Source of the DNA: Bacteroidia bacterium
GTDB taxonomy: Bacteria > Bacteroidota > Bacteroidia > B-17B0 > Aurantibacillaceae
NCBI GenBank assembly: GCA_021740825.1
Contig: JAIOZA010000008.1
Span: 39,864-103,863 of the forward strand
DNA: 64,000 bases
Direction of reading: 5' to 3'
The notes beneath the pieces are model-generated. The model saw only the letters and a program-made list of their open reading frames with translations. It was not told where the DNA came from and made no database searches. This document shows, in pieces, positions 1 through 8,991 of the stretch. Every line of letters starts with the position of its first letter. Position 1 is the stretch's first letter. Position numbers and translations under genes: made by a program.

Positions 1-384
1 ACTCATAATAAAAAAATCAACACAATAATTAATAAAGAATTAATTGAATTAGCGGGGAACATGTCTACAACCTTTCATAGAGCGATTGATGAATGTGCCG
101 ATATGATTGAAGCTATGAACGATATTGTTTCACTTGGCTTTAAAAGAGTCTTAACATCCGGAGGAAAATCAAGCGCCTTAGAAGGAGTTGCTATTTTAAA
201 AAATTATCAAAATAGCTTTGGAAAAACCATCATCATCATTCCTGGTGGCGGAATTAGAAGCAATAACATTGCGCAGATTGCAACACAAACAAATTGTAAA
301 GAATTTCATTCAGCAGCGCTCACGCAAAACACAGAGTTTGTAAATGCTACTGAAGTAAGCCTTTTAAAAGAAAAAATAGCTTGA
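1..384 (+). CDS. cutC: Copper homeostasis protein CutC, C-terminal part (5' end lies upstream of the window)
   Basis: Frame 1 is open from nt 1 to TGA 382-384. The tail TFHRAIDE...FKRVLTSGG...IIPGGGIR matches the conserved C-terminal half of CutC. Confidence 0.8.
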   Translation, partial: THNKKINTIINKELIELAGNMSTTFHRAIDECADMIEAMNDIVSLGFKRVLTSGGKSSALEGVAILKNYQNSFGKTIIIIPGGGIRSNNIAQIATQTNCKEFHSAALTQNTEFVNATEVSLLKEKIA

Positions 385-2870
385 AAAAATTCCTACTATA
401 TATATTCTTTTTCATGTATGCGCTAGCATCTTCTCAAGTGCTTTTTCTCAGTTTAAATGATAAACAATGGAAGTTTCGTGAAGTCGGTACAAAAACATTT
501 TATCCTGCTGAAGTACCAGGAACAATACATACAGACTTAATGAATAATCATTTAATTCCTAATCCCTACTTTGAGAAAGGAGAACAACAAGTGCAGTGGA
601 TCGCAGAAAAAGATTGGGAATATGTGTGTGAATTTGAAAATGCCAGAGTAAATAAAAATTCCCACTATGAAATAAGTTTTCAAGGTTTAGACACGTATGC
701 GAAAGTGTATTTAAATGGGCAGCCAATTTTACAAAGTGATAACATGTTTTTGCACTATAATGTTGATGTGAAAAAATATTTAAGAAAGGGCACAAATACA
801 TTAAAAATAGTTTTTGAATCTTCTGTGAAGAGGGGAAAAATAGAAGCGAAAAAATTACCATACACATTACCTGGCGACGAAAAAATATTTACTCGCAAAG
901 CGCAATACCAATATGGTTGGGATTGGGGACCACGCCTAGTGACTTGTGGGATTTATAAGAGTGTTGGATTAAGTGCATGGAATGGTGTAAAAATAAAATC
1001 ATTTTATCATCAAGTACATTCAATCACTGATACATTAGCTGAGGTGTACTTGATTTTAGAAACAGAAAGCGATACTATTCAAAAACAAAAATTTCATTTA
1101 TCGGTATCCTCTATTTCAAACCAAATTATGATTGACTCGTCTATCACGTTGAGGAAAGGTTTTAATAGAGACAGTATTTTAATTAAAATACAAAATCCAA
1201 CATTATGGAATTGCAACTTGCAAGGAAAACCTAATTTATTTCATTGTCTATTTCAAACCATTGAAAATAATCATCAGGTTGAAATGATGACCACAACATT
1301 CGGACTGCGAACTATCGACCTCGTAAAAGATAAAGACTCCATTGGTGAATCTTTTTATTTTAAAATAAATGGTCATCCAACTTTTATGAAAGGAGCAAAT
1401 TTTATTCCTCCTGATAATTTTATGCCCAAGAAAAAGCATTCTTATTACGACATTATTCAAAAAGCTAAAGATGCCAACATTAATATGTTGCGTGTTTGGG
1501 GAGGTGGCTTATACTTAGATGATGAGTTTTATGATTTATGTGATCAAAATGGTATTTTAGTATGGCAAGATTTTATGTTTGCTTGTGCCATGTATCCTGG
1601 TGACACACTATTTTTAAATAATGTTAAACAAGAAGCTGAGCAACAAGTCAAACGTTTGCGCCATCATCCCTGTTTAGCTTTATGGTGCGGTAATAATGAG
1701 GTAGATGAAGGTTGGCACAATTGGGGTTGGCAAAAACAATACAATTACTCTATAACAGATTCAGCTAAAATCTGGAATGATTATCAAAAACTATTTCATA
1801 AAATTTTACCTAATGCAGTTAAAAAGTATGACGCCAAAACAGCTTATGTATCTTCTTCACCTATGATAGGTTGGGGTAAAAAAGAAAGTTTGCTTCGAGG
1901 CGATTCTCATTATTGGGGCGTTTGGTGGGGGATGGAACCTTTTGATGTTTACGAAAAAAAAGTAGGTCGTTTTATGAGTGAATATGGCTTTCAAGGAATG
2001 CCTAGTTACTTTACCTTGAAGCACTACGGAGATAGTTTAGATTTAAATTCAGCTTACATCAAAGCGCATCAAAAGCATCCAACTGGTTATCAAACCATAC
2101 AAACCTATATGGAACGAGATTACATTATCCCTAAAGATTTTTTTAAGTACGTTTATACCTCACAACTCTTGCAACGTGATGGGATGCAGATAGCCATTGA
2201 AGCGCACCGACGAAACAAACCCTACTGCATGGGAACCTTATATTGGCAATGGAATGATTGCTGGCCAGTAACCTCTTGGAGTGCTATTGATTATGATCAT
2301 CATCCTAAAGCATTATATTATGCAACCAAAAGGTTATACGCTAATTTTTGTATTAGTGTAACCAAAATTAAGGATCAATATCAAGTTTATGTTATTAGTG
2401 ATTCTCTAAAGAATATAAACGCCACTTTAGAAATCAAACTCAAAAACACTAAAGGTGAAACACTTTTAACCAAAACAAAAGCTATATCTGTAAACGAAAA
2501 TAGTAGTGATGCATTTGAGCATTTTTTGGATGACGAATTAAAATCATTTAAAAAAAATGAAATTTATTTGAGTTGTAATTTAATGGTGAAGGAAAAAATA
2601 ATCGCGCATAAAAACTATTTTTTTGTAAAACCAAAAGAACTTGCTTTATATAAGCCTACGATTAAATTCACTCAAACCGATGCTACTATAAAAATAAATT
2701 CGGATGTCTTTGTTAAAGACTTGTATTTATTTACCGAAAAAGACGAGCCCATTATTTCTGATAATTTTATAGATGTAGAACCCAATCAATTCGTAGAACT
2801 AAAAACAACCTTAGGATTAGAAGAATTAAAGCAATTACAACATATTTCCTTGTACGATATCAATCATTAA
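381..2870 (+). CDS. Glycoside hydrolase family 2 beta-mannosidase, secreted
   Basis: 829 aa. Motifs YQYGWDWGPR, NMLRVWGGGLYLDD, WQDFMFACAMYP and WCGNNE are typical of GH2 beta-mannosidases. Has a hydrophobic signal peptide. The TTG start overlaps the cutC stop (TTGA). Confidence 0.9.
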   Translation: MKKFLLYIFFFMYALASSQVLFLSLNDKQWKFREVGTKTFYPAEVPGTIHTDLMNNHLIPNPYFEKGEQQVQWIAEKDWEYVCEFENARVNKNSHYEISFQGLDTYAKVYLNGQPILQSDNMFLHYNVDVKKYLRKGTNTLKIVFESSVKRGKIEAKKLPYTLPGDEKIFTRKAQYQYGWDWGPRLVTCGIYKSVGLSAWNGVKIKSFYHQVHSITDTLAEVYLILETESDTIQKQKFHLSVSSISNQIMIDSSITLRKGFNRDSILIKIQNPTLWNCNLQGKPNLFHCLFQTIENNHQVEMMTTTFGLRTIDLVKDKDSIGESFYFKINGHPTFMKGANFIPPDNFMPKKKHSYYDIIQKAKDANINMLRVWGGGLYLDDEFYDLCDQNGILVWQDFMFACAMYPGDTLFLNNVKQEAEQQVKRLRHHPCLALWCGNNEVDEGWHNWGWQKQYNYSITDSAKIWNDYQKLFHKILPNAVKKYDAKTAYVSSSPMIGWGKKESLLRGDSHYWGVWWGMEPFDVYEKKVGRFMSEYGFQGMPSYFTLKHYGDSLDLNSAYIKAHQKHPTGYQTIQTYMERDYIIPKDFFKYVYTSQLLQRDGMQIAIEAHRRNKPYCMGTLYWQWNDCWPVTSWSAIDYDHHPKALYYATKRLYANFCISVTKIKDQYQVYVISDSLKNINATLEIKLKNTKGETLLTKTKAISVNENSSDAFEHFLDDELKSFKKNEIYLSCNLMVKEKIIAHKNYFFVKPKELALYKPTIKFTQTDATIKINSDVFVKDLYLFTEKDEPIISDNFIDVEPNQFVELKTTLGLEELKQLQHISLYDINH

Positions 2871-2906
2871 ATTATTATTTTTCATTAAATTTACTATGCT
2901 AATATT

Positions 2907-5837
2907 ATGAGACCGTTATACTTTTTACTACTTATTTATTTATTTTCTAATTCGTGTTTTTTTGCACAAAGCAAGTATGCTAGCCTGGTTAATCCGTTTA
3001 TTGGAACCGGTGGAGCAGGGCATACATTTCCTGGCGCTACCATGCCATTTGGAATGGTTCAATTAAGTCCAGATACGCGTGTGGATGGAAGTTGGGAAGG
3101 CTGTGGCGGCTACCACTATTCAGATTCAATTATTTTTGGATTCACGCATACACATTTAAGTGGAACAGGTGTGAGTGATTATGGAGATATTTTAGTGATG
3201 CCAATAACAAATTCAAAACAGTATGCAAACAAAACGTATCCAACAAAATTCTCCCATCTTAAAGAAAAAGCGAGTGCCGGTTTTTATCAAGTAAATTTAG
3301 AAAATAATATTGATGTGAAATTAACGGCAACAGAGCGTGTTGGAATTCATCACTACAGTTTTCCAAAAATGGACACAGCTTCTATTGTAATTGATTTATT
3401 GCATAGAGACAAAACATTAACAAGCACATTAAAAATTATCGATAGCGTTACAATTGTTGGCTCACGCATCAGCGACGCATGGGCCACACAGCAATACGTT
3501 TACTTTGTTATGAAGTTTAATAAGCCTATTCTTTCAACTAAATCAACCTACATTAGCAATGAAAATAAAAAGCTAAATAAAGAAGAACAAACTGCTGCTT
3601 CTTTAATTCAATTCAATAACAAAGACGGTAAGCCACTTATTATTAAAGTAGGAGCTTCACAAACAGGTATTGAAGGAGCTATTAAAAATTTAGAAGCCGA
3701 AGCCATGCATTGGGATTTTGATAAATATAAACTGAATGCAGAAGCTGCGTGGGAAAAAGAATTATCAAAAATTAAAATTCAAACAAATGACATTCAAAAA
3801 GCTATTGTATTTTATACGGCGTTATACCATTGTTTCATTCATCCTTCATTAGCGAGCGATGTGGATGGAAAATACAGAGGTCGTGATTTTAAAATACATC
3901 AAGCAATTGGATTTACGCCATACACTGTATTTTCTTTATGGGATACTTTTCGCGCCCTACATCCTTTGTTTACAATTATCGAACAAAAGCGCACAAGCGA
4001 TATTATCAATACATTTTTAGAACAACACAAAGAAAGTGGACGACTGCCCATGTGGGAACTATCTGCTAATGAAACTAATTGTATGATTGGTTTTCATAGC
4101 GTATCAGTAATAGCAGATGCGATGACTAAAAATATGGTCGGTTTTGATAAAGAAGCCATTTATAATGCTATGTGTGCAGCGGCAACATATACTAATTGGA
4201 GCATTCCTGAGTTCAACAAAAATAATTTTTTACAAATTGATGATGAATCAGAAAGTGTATCCAAAACGTTAGAATATGCTTATGATAATTGGTGCATAGG
4301 CCAAGTGGCTAAACAGTTAAATAAACAAGCAGATTACAACATATTTATTGAACGTGCTCAGGCCTATAAAAATATGTATGATTATAAAACAGGATTTATG
4401 CGTCCTCGTAAAAATGGTAATTGGTTAAGTCCATTTGAGCCAAGAGAAGTGAACAACCATTTTACAGAAGCTAACAGTTGGCAATATAGTTTTTTTGTTC
4501 CGCAAGATATTTCAGGACTAATTGATTTAATGGGTAGTGAGCAAAATTTTGAAAAAAAATTAGATGAGCTATTTACCGCAAGCACAAAAACAGAAGGACG
4601 AACGCAAGCTGATATTACAGGACTTATTGGGCAATACGCGCATGGTAACGAGCCGAGTCATCATATGGCTTACTTATATAATTATATTGGTAAACCACAT
4701 AAAACGCAAGAAAAAATAAATCGAATAGTAACCGAGTTTTATAAAAATGATCCAGATGGATTAATTGGTAACGAAGATTGCGGCCAAATGAGTGCTTGGT
4801 ATGTATTAAGTTCTATGGGATTTTATCAAGTTTGTCCGGGTAAACCAGAATATACAATTGGTTCTCCATTATTTGATGAAGTAAACATTTATTTAGAAAA
4901 TGGGAAAATATTTGAAATCAAAAAACAAAATCCAAATCAAAAGTTTCAATATATTCAATCATCTAAACTTAACGGAAAAGCATCAAACAGTTCTGTATTA
5001 ACCCATGCAGATATTGTTAATGGAGGAAAATTAGAATGTATTATGAATGAAAAATTAGACTCGAAATCATTATTTGGAAAAACAGCTTTGTTACGACCAA
5101 ATACAAAAATAACAGACAAATCAATAATACAATCTCCGATCATTAATGCGCCTACTAAAATAACTGAAACAGAAAGAACAGTTACTATTGAACATCCTAA
5201 TAGTAAAGCGGTATTGTATTATACCACAGATGGAACAGAACCTAATGCTAATTCAAAGATTTATACAAGTCCTTTTTATTGTGATTCTTCTACAATAGTT
5301 AGCGCGAAAGCATTTCTTAATCAACAAAGCAGTACAACCTCCACTGCGCGATTATTTAAAAAACCAAATAATTGGGGATTACAAATAAAAAGCAACTACA
5401 CAAAGCAGTATGATGCAGGTGGCGATGAAGGTATTATTGATGGGCAACATGGAACGGTAAATTGGCGAAGCGGCGGTTGGCAAGGTTACCAAGCGCAAAA
5501 CTTTGAATGTACGATTGATTTAAAGAAAACAACAACGATACAAACGATGAGTGCTAATTTTTTACAGGATACGCGGTCGTGGATTATTTATCCAAAAGAG
5601 GTAGAATTCTTAAGTTCTATAGATGGTATCAATTATTCATCAGTAGGAAAAATAAAAAATTCAGTACCTGCAGATGATTATACCAGTCAAGTTCATGCAT
5701 TTACTTATATACAAGATACGCAACTAGCTGTACGTTATATTAAAATAATTGCAACAAATTATGGTAAATTACCCGATTGGCATCAAGGAAAAGGTGGAGA
5801 TGCTTATTTATTTATTGATGAAATAGAAATTAAATAA
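2907..5837 (+). CDS. Glycoside hydrolase family 92 alpha-mannosidase with C-terminal discoidin (F5/8 type C)-like domain
   Basis: 976 aa. Motifs NPFIGTGGAGHTFPGATMPFGMVQLSPDT, HGNEPSHH and NEDCGQMSAWY are typical of GH92. Has a signal peptide. The last ~150 aa resemble a carbohydrate-binding discoidin fold. Confidence 0.9.
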   Translation: MRPLYFLLLIYLFSNSCFFAQSKYASLVNPFIGTGGAGHTFPGATMPFGMVQLSPDTRVDGSWEGCGGYHYSDSIIFGFTHTHLSGTGVSDYGDILVMPITNSKQYANKTYPTKFSHLKEKASAGFYQVNLENNIDVKLTATERVGIHHYSFPKMDTASIVIDLLHRDKTLTSTLKIIDSVTIVGSRISDAWATQQYVYFVMKFNKPILSTKSTYISNENKKLNKEEQTAASLIQFNNKDGKPLIIKVGASQTGIEGAIKNLEAEAMHWDFDKYKLNAEAAWEKELSKIKIQTNDIQKAIVFYTALYHCFIHPSLASDVDGKYRGRDFKIHQAIGFTPYTVFSLWDTFRALHPLFTIIEQKRTSDIINTFLEQHKESGRLPMWELSANETNCMIGFHSVSVIADAMTKNMVGFDKEAIYNAMCAAATYTNWSIPEFNKNNFLQIDDESESVSKTLEYAYDNWCIGQVAKQLNKQADYNIFIERAQAYKNMYDYKTGFMRPRKNGNWLSPFEPREVNNHFTEANSWQYSFFVPQDISGLIDLMGSEQNFEKKLDELFTASTKTEGRTQADITGLIGQYAHGNEPSHHMAYLYNYIGKPHKTQEKINRIVTEFYKNDPDGLIGNEDCGQMSAWYVLSSMGFYQVCPGKPEYTIGSPLFDEVNIYLENGKIFEIKKQNPNQKFQYIQSSKLNGKASNSSVLTHADIVNGGKLECIMNEKLDSKSLFGKTALLRPNTKITDKSIIQSPIINAPTKITETERTVTIEHPNSKAVLYYTTDGTEPNANSKIYTSPFYCDSSTIVSAKAFLNQQSSTTSTARLFKKPNNWGLQIKSNYTKQYDAGGDEGIIDGQHGTVNWRSGGWQGYQAQNFECTIDLKKTTTIQTMSANFLQDTRSWIIYPKEVEFLSSIDGINYSSVGKIKNSVPADDYTSQVHAFTYIQDTQLAVRYIKIIATNYGKLPDWHQGKGGDAYLFIDEIEIK

Positions 5838-5841
5838 TTTT

Positions 5842-7071
5842 ATGATGAAATTATCTTTATTACTTGTTTTTTTTAGCGTTATAGGTGTTGCTCAGCCAAA
5901 ATTAGGAATGTGGCGAGGAATACTATTATTGAATGCAGAAAAGAATATTGAGCTCCCATTTAATTTTGAAATTAAAAAGGTAAATGCTAAACTAATAGTA
6001 GTTATTCGCAATGCACAAGAACGTATTATGGTTGATGAAGTTGTTTTTACTAAAGATTCATTAAATTTTAAGATGCCCATTTTTGATACAGAATTTAAAA
6101 CTGAATTAATTGGTGATACCATTCTTAAAGGCGTGTGGATTAATCACACTAAAAAAGAAAACAATACCATTGCCTTTATAGCCAAGTTTGGAAATAAAAA
6201 TCGCTTTAACGTTCCAATGAAGCGAGCGACTAATTTTTATGACGGAAGTTGGGAAACAACCTTTAGCCCAGAATCAAAAGACATTAGCAAAGCCATTGGA
6301 GTTTTTAAATACATTCCTAATTCAGCAATAGTTGAAGGAACTTTTTTAACTGAAACTGGCGACTATCGATTTTTAGAAGGCATAGAAACCAATGGTAAAT
6401 TATTCTTGAGTTGCTTTGATGGCTCACATGCATTTTTATTTATTGCCGAACATAATGAAACAGAAATTATAAAGGGAGATTTTTATTCAGGGTCTATTTG
6501 GCACGAAAACTGGGTAGCAAAACGTAATGATACATTTCAATTACACGATCCCGAGAGTTTAACCTATTTAAAAAATCCTGAAGAGAAAATTGACTTTACT
6601 TTTTACAATACCCAAAAACAAAAAGTAAGTTTAAGCGATGCTAAATACAAAAACAAAGTTGTCATTATACAAATTATGGGTAGCTGGTGCCCAAACTGCA
6701 TGGATGAAAGTGCTTATTTAGCGAAGGTTTACAAACAATACAATCAAAGAGGATTAGAAATTATTGCATTAGCTTACGAGCGAACAGCTGATAGTGAGCG
6801 GGCGACAGCAAATATAATGCGATTAATGAAAAAGTTTGATATCGGTTACGACATCTTGCTTACTGGTTTAACAGGAAAAGATAAGGCCTCTGAAAGTTTA
6901 CCTTTTTTAAATGTTGTGATGGCATTCCCCACCACTATTTTCTTAGATAAAAATCATCAGGTAAAATCGGTTTACACAGGTTTTAGCGGCCCCGCAACCG
7001 GCAAGGCTTATGAGAAATACTCCTTAAAAACGGAGAATTTAATTAATAATTTACTTTACAATAAAGATTGA
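5842..7071 (+). CDS. TlpA/ResA-like thiol-disulfide oxidoreductase (thioredoxin fold) with N-terminal domain of unknown function
   Basis: 409 aa with a signal peptide and a C-terminal thioredoxin fold carrying the WCPNC redox motif. Confidence 0.75.
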   Translation: MMKLSLLLVFFSVIGVAQPKLGMWRGILLLNAEKNIELPFNFEIKKVNAKLIVVIRNAQERIMVDEVVFTKDSLNFKMPIFDTEFKTELIGDTILKGVWINHTKKENNTIAFIAKFGNKNRFNVPMKRATNFYDGSWETTFSPESKDISKAIGVFKYIPNSAIVEGTFLTETGDYRFLEGIETNGKLFLSCFDGSHAFLFIAEHNETEIIKGDFYSGSIWHENWVAKRNDTFQLHDPESLTYLKNPEEKIDFTFYNTQKQKVSLSDAKYKNKVVIIQIMGSWCPNCMDESAYLAKVYKQYNQRGLEIIALAYERTADSERATANIMRLMKKFDIGYDILLTGLTGKDKASESLPFLNVVMAFPTTIFLDKNHQVKSVYTGFSGPATGKAYEKYSLKTENLINNLLYNKD

Positions 7072-7072
7072 T

Positions 7073-7106
7073 TAATAAAATAAATTACTGTAAGGAAAAC
7101 GAATCA
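7073..7106. repeat. Left 34-nt direct repeat, an orphan copy of the hflX 3' terminus
   Basis: taataaaaTaaattactgtaaggaaaacgAAtca is 31/34 identical to 7788-7821 in the same orientation. On the minus strand it still reads IRFPYSNLFY-TAA. It directly abuts the TGA (7069-7071) of the convergent TlpA-like gene. Confidence 0.75.
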
Positions 7107-7649
7107 TTTTTTCTTAGGAAGCTTAAAACCAATTTGTGGTCGTTCCTTTTTGTTTTCTTTCTTTTCTAATAGCTCATCTAAGTACTGAAATACTAATTCG
7201 ATATTTTTATCATGATTACTCACTTTTTTCTTTATGTATTCTATTTCTAACCGAAGATCCGTGTGATTTGATAAAGTTTCTCTTAATAAAATAAATACGT
7301 CGATAATTTTAATACTAACTTCTATTGCTCTTTTACTTTTTAAAACATTGGCTAACATCATAACTCCTTGTTCGGTAAAAGCAAGAGGTAAGTACTTAAT
7401 ATTATCTCCTCTCTTCAAGGTCGCAATTTGCGACCTTGAAACTGTCGCCTCTTCTATTGTCAATTCAAACATGTAGTGTTTTGGAAACCGCTCCATATTA
7501 CGTTTCACTTGTTCTTTTAATCTTTTTGTTTCAACCCCATAAAGTTCGGCTAAATCTCTATCTAGCATTACTTTTTGGTTTCTGATGAAGTAAATCTTTT
7601 GCATTATCACCTCATCAGGTAATAATATTGAATTATTAGTTTCTGCCAT
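7104..7649 (-). CDS. ORF6N (KilA-N-related) domain DNA-binding protein
   Basis: 181 aa. IYFIRNQKVMLDRDLAELYGVETKRLKEQVKRN..RFP..MFELT and YLPLAFTEQGVMMLANVL resemble the ORF6N domain common in Bacteroidota. The stop codon is the last 3 nt of the left direct repeat. Confidence 0.8.
   Translation of the reverse strand: MAETNNSILLPDEVIMQKIYFIRNQKVMLDRDLAELYGVETKRLKEQVKRNMERFPKHYMFELTIEEATVSRSQIATLKRGDNIKYLPLAFTEQGVMMLANVLKSKRAIEVSIKIIDVFILLRETLSNHTDLRLEIEYIKKKVSNHDKNIELVFQYLDELLEKKENKKERPQIGFKLPKKK
7414..7440. repeat. Perfect 27-nt palindrome inside the ORF6N CDS
   Basis: ttcaaggtcgcaa-t-ttgcgaccttgaa has 13-nt arms that are exact reverse complements. On the minus strand it encodes SRSQIATLK. 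Confidence 0.9.
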
Positions 7650-7663
7650 TTTTATACTGATTT

Positions 7664-7686
7664 AGGTATCACAATATGTGACACCT
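7664..7686. promoter_or_regulatory. Imperfect 23-nt palindrome 15-37 nt upstream of the ORF6N start (operator-like)
   Basis: In aggtatcacaatatgtgacacct, 9 of 11 symmetric positions pair. Confidence 0.3.
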
Positions 7687-7754
7687 TGGTTCAATATAAA
7701 ATTAAATAATATAATAGCAGGAATTTGCTATGAAATATAGCAATATTTGTTTTT

Positions 7755-7781
7755 TTCAAGGCCGCAATTTGCGACCTTGAA
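7755..7781. repeat. Second copy (26/27) of the 27-nt palindrome, intergenic, 6 nt from the right direct repeat
   Basis: ttcaaggCcgcaatttgcgaccttgaa differs from 7414-7440 at one base. It lies between the hflX stop and the ORF6N upstream region. Confidence 0.85.
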
Positions 7782-7786
7782 AATTT

Positions 7787-8986
7787 CTAATAAAACAAAT
7801 TACTGTAAGGAAAACGCTTCACATGTATTTCTTTAACGACATCATAAAGTGTTTTTTTAAACTCATTCGTGTTTTCTTTGTTTTGAGCACTAATAAAAAG
7901 CGAAGTTTGATCTAAATTACTCATCCAGGTTTTTTTCAATTCGTCTAAGGATAAATTTTCACGGGTCATTGGTGTTAAATCATCTTCATCTTTCTTAATG
8001 TATTTAAAAGCATCTATTTTATTAAATATTAAAATAGTTGGTTTGTCTTTAGCACCAATATCAATTAAGGTTTGGCGAACTACATTTATTTGATCCTCAA
8101 AATTTGGATGTGAAATATCTACAACGTGAAGTAATACATCCGCTTCTCTTACTTCATCTAGCGTACTTTTAAAGCTCTCCACTAATTGCGTTGGCAATTT
8201 TCTTATAAACCCAACGGTATCACACAATAAAAAAAACAAATTATCAATTGTTACTTTTCTAACAGTGGTATCCAACGTTGCAAATAATTTATTTTCCGCA
8301 AACACTTCGCTTTTACTAATCATGTTCATGATAGTAGATTTACCAACATTGGTATAACCAACTAACGCTACACGCACAAACTCTCCGCGGTTTTTACGCT
8401 GCGTAGCCATTTGCTTATCAATCATTTTTAAATCTTCTTTTAACTGAGCAATTTTGTCACGGGCAATTCGTCTATCTGTTTCAATTTCTTTTTCTCCCGC
8501 TCCCCCGCGTGTTCCAGTGCCACCTCGTTGCCGTTCAAGGTGAGTCCACATACCTGTTAATCGTGGAAGTAAATATTGCATTTGTGCTAACTCAACTTGT
8601 GTTTTAGCATGAGCCGTTTGTGCCCGCTGAGAAAAAATTTCGAGAATCAATGTGGTTCGATCTAAAATTTTTACACCTAATTCTTTTTCTAAATTACGTT
8701 GTTGAGAAGGTGTTAGTTCATCGTCAAAAATAACGATATCAATTTTATGTTCTACAATGTAAGTTTTTACTTCAGTGAGTTTTCCTTTACCAATAAAGGT
8801 GGCTTTGTCTGCTTTTTCTAATTTCTGAGTAAAAACTTTTTTTGTTTCTACGCCATAGGTTGCCGCTAAAAAGGCCAATTCATCTAAATACTCGTATGCT
8901 AAATCCTCGTTTTGTTTTTTATTGATAACGCCTATTAAAACTGCTACAAGTTTTGGTTTTTCTGTTGAGTGAGTGCTTGATTTCAA
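7787..8986 (-). CDS. hflX: GTPase HflX
   Basis: 399 aa. Has the HflX N-terminal domain plus G-motifs GYTNVGKST, DTVGF and NKID. Confidence 0.95.
   Translation of the reverse strand: MKSSTHSTEKPKLVAVLIGVINKKQNEDLAYEYLDELAFLAATYGVETKKVFTQKLEKADKATFIGKGKLTEVKTYIVEHKIDIVIFDDELTPSQQRNLEKELGVKILDRTTLILEIFSQRAQTAHAKTQVELAQMQYLLPRLTGMWTHLERQRGGTGTRGGAGEKEIETDRRIARDKIAQLKEDLKMIDKQMATQRKNRGEFVRVALVGYTNVGKSTIMNMISKSEVFAENKLFATLDTTVRKVTIDNLFFLLCDTVGFIRKLPTQLVESFKSTLDEVREADVLLHVVDISHPNFEDQINVVRQTLIDIGAKDKPTILIFNKIDAFKYIKKDEDDLTPMTRENLSLDELKKTWMSNLDQTSLFISAQNKENTNEFKKTLYDVVKEIHVKRFPYSNLFY
7788..7821. repeat. Right 34-nt direct repeat, the functional hflX 3' terminus
   Basis: taataaaaCaaattactgtaaggaaaacgCTtca encodes KRFPYSNLFY-TAG, the end of HflX, on the minus strand. 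Confidence 0.75.
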
Positions 8987-8991
8987 TGCTA

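Larger units (their letters stand above)
7073..7787. mobile_element. Candidate 715-bp insertion cassette carrying only an ORF6N gene (one repeat copy plus cargo)
   Basis: The cassette is bounded by 34-nt direct repeats exactly 715 nt apart. The cargo is one 181-aa gene plus a ~138-nt palindrome-rich upstream region. No recombinase gene is present. Confidence 0.4.

Noticed and set aside
559-867. Many short antisense or out-of-frame ORFs in the track. Examples are 559-867, 1248-1460, 4382-4585, 4955-5143, 5892-6122, 9987-10211, 10972-11190, 13674-13862, 15263-15475, 16099-16299, 17017-17223, 17423-17641, 18627-18839, 20418-20618, 25550-25970 and 27228-27428. Others are 34427-34630, 34694-34921, 36215-36400, 37564-37776, 38952-39203, 40146-40548, 40906-45422 (internal ones), 49013-49437, 50924-51109, 52362-53534, 53997-54929, 57310-57564, 59541-59738 and 60688-60906.
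   Set aside because: Each lies wholly inside a much longer ORF with clear family motifs on the other strand or frame. They have low-complexity or odd composition and no motif. I treat them as spurious.
7755-7781. The intergenic palindrome read as a plain rho-independent terminator of hflX.
   Set aside because: On the hflX (minus) strand the hairpin is followed by an A-run, not a U-run, and the T-run is on the wrong side. Together with the identical palindrome inside ORF6N, this argues for something other than a standard terminator. A role as an RNA 3' hairpin is not excluded.
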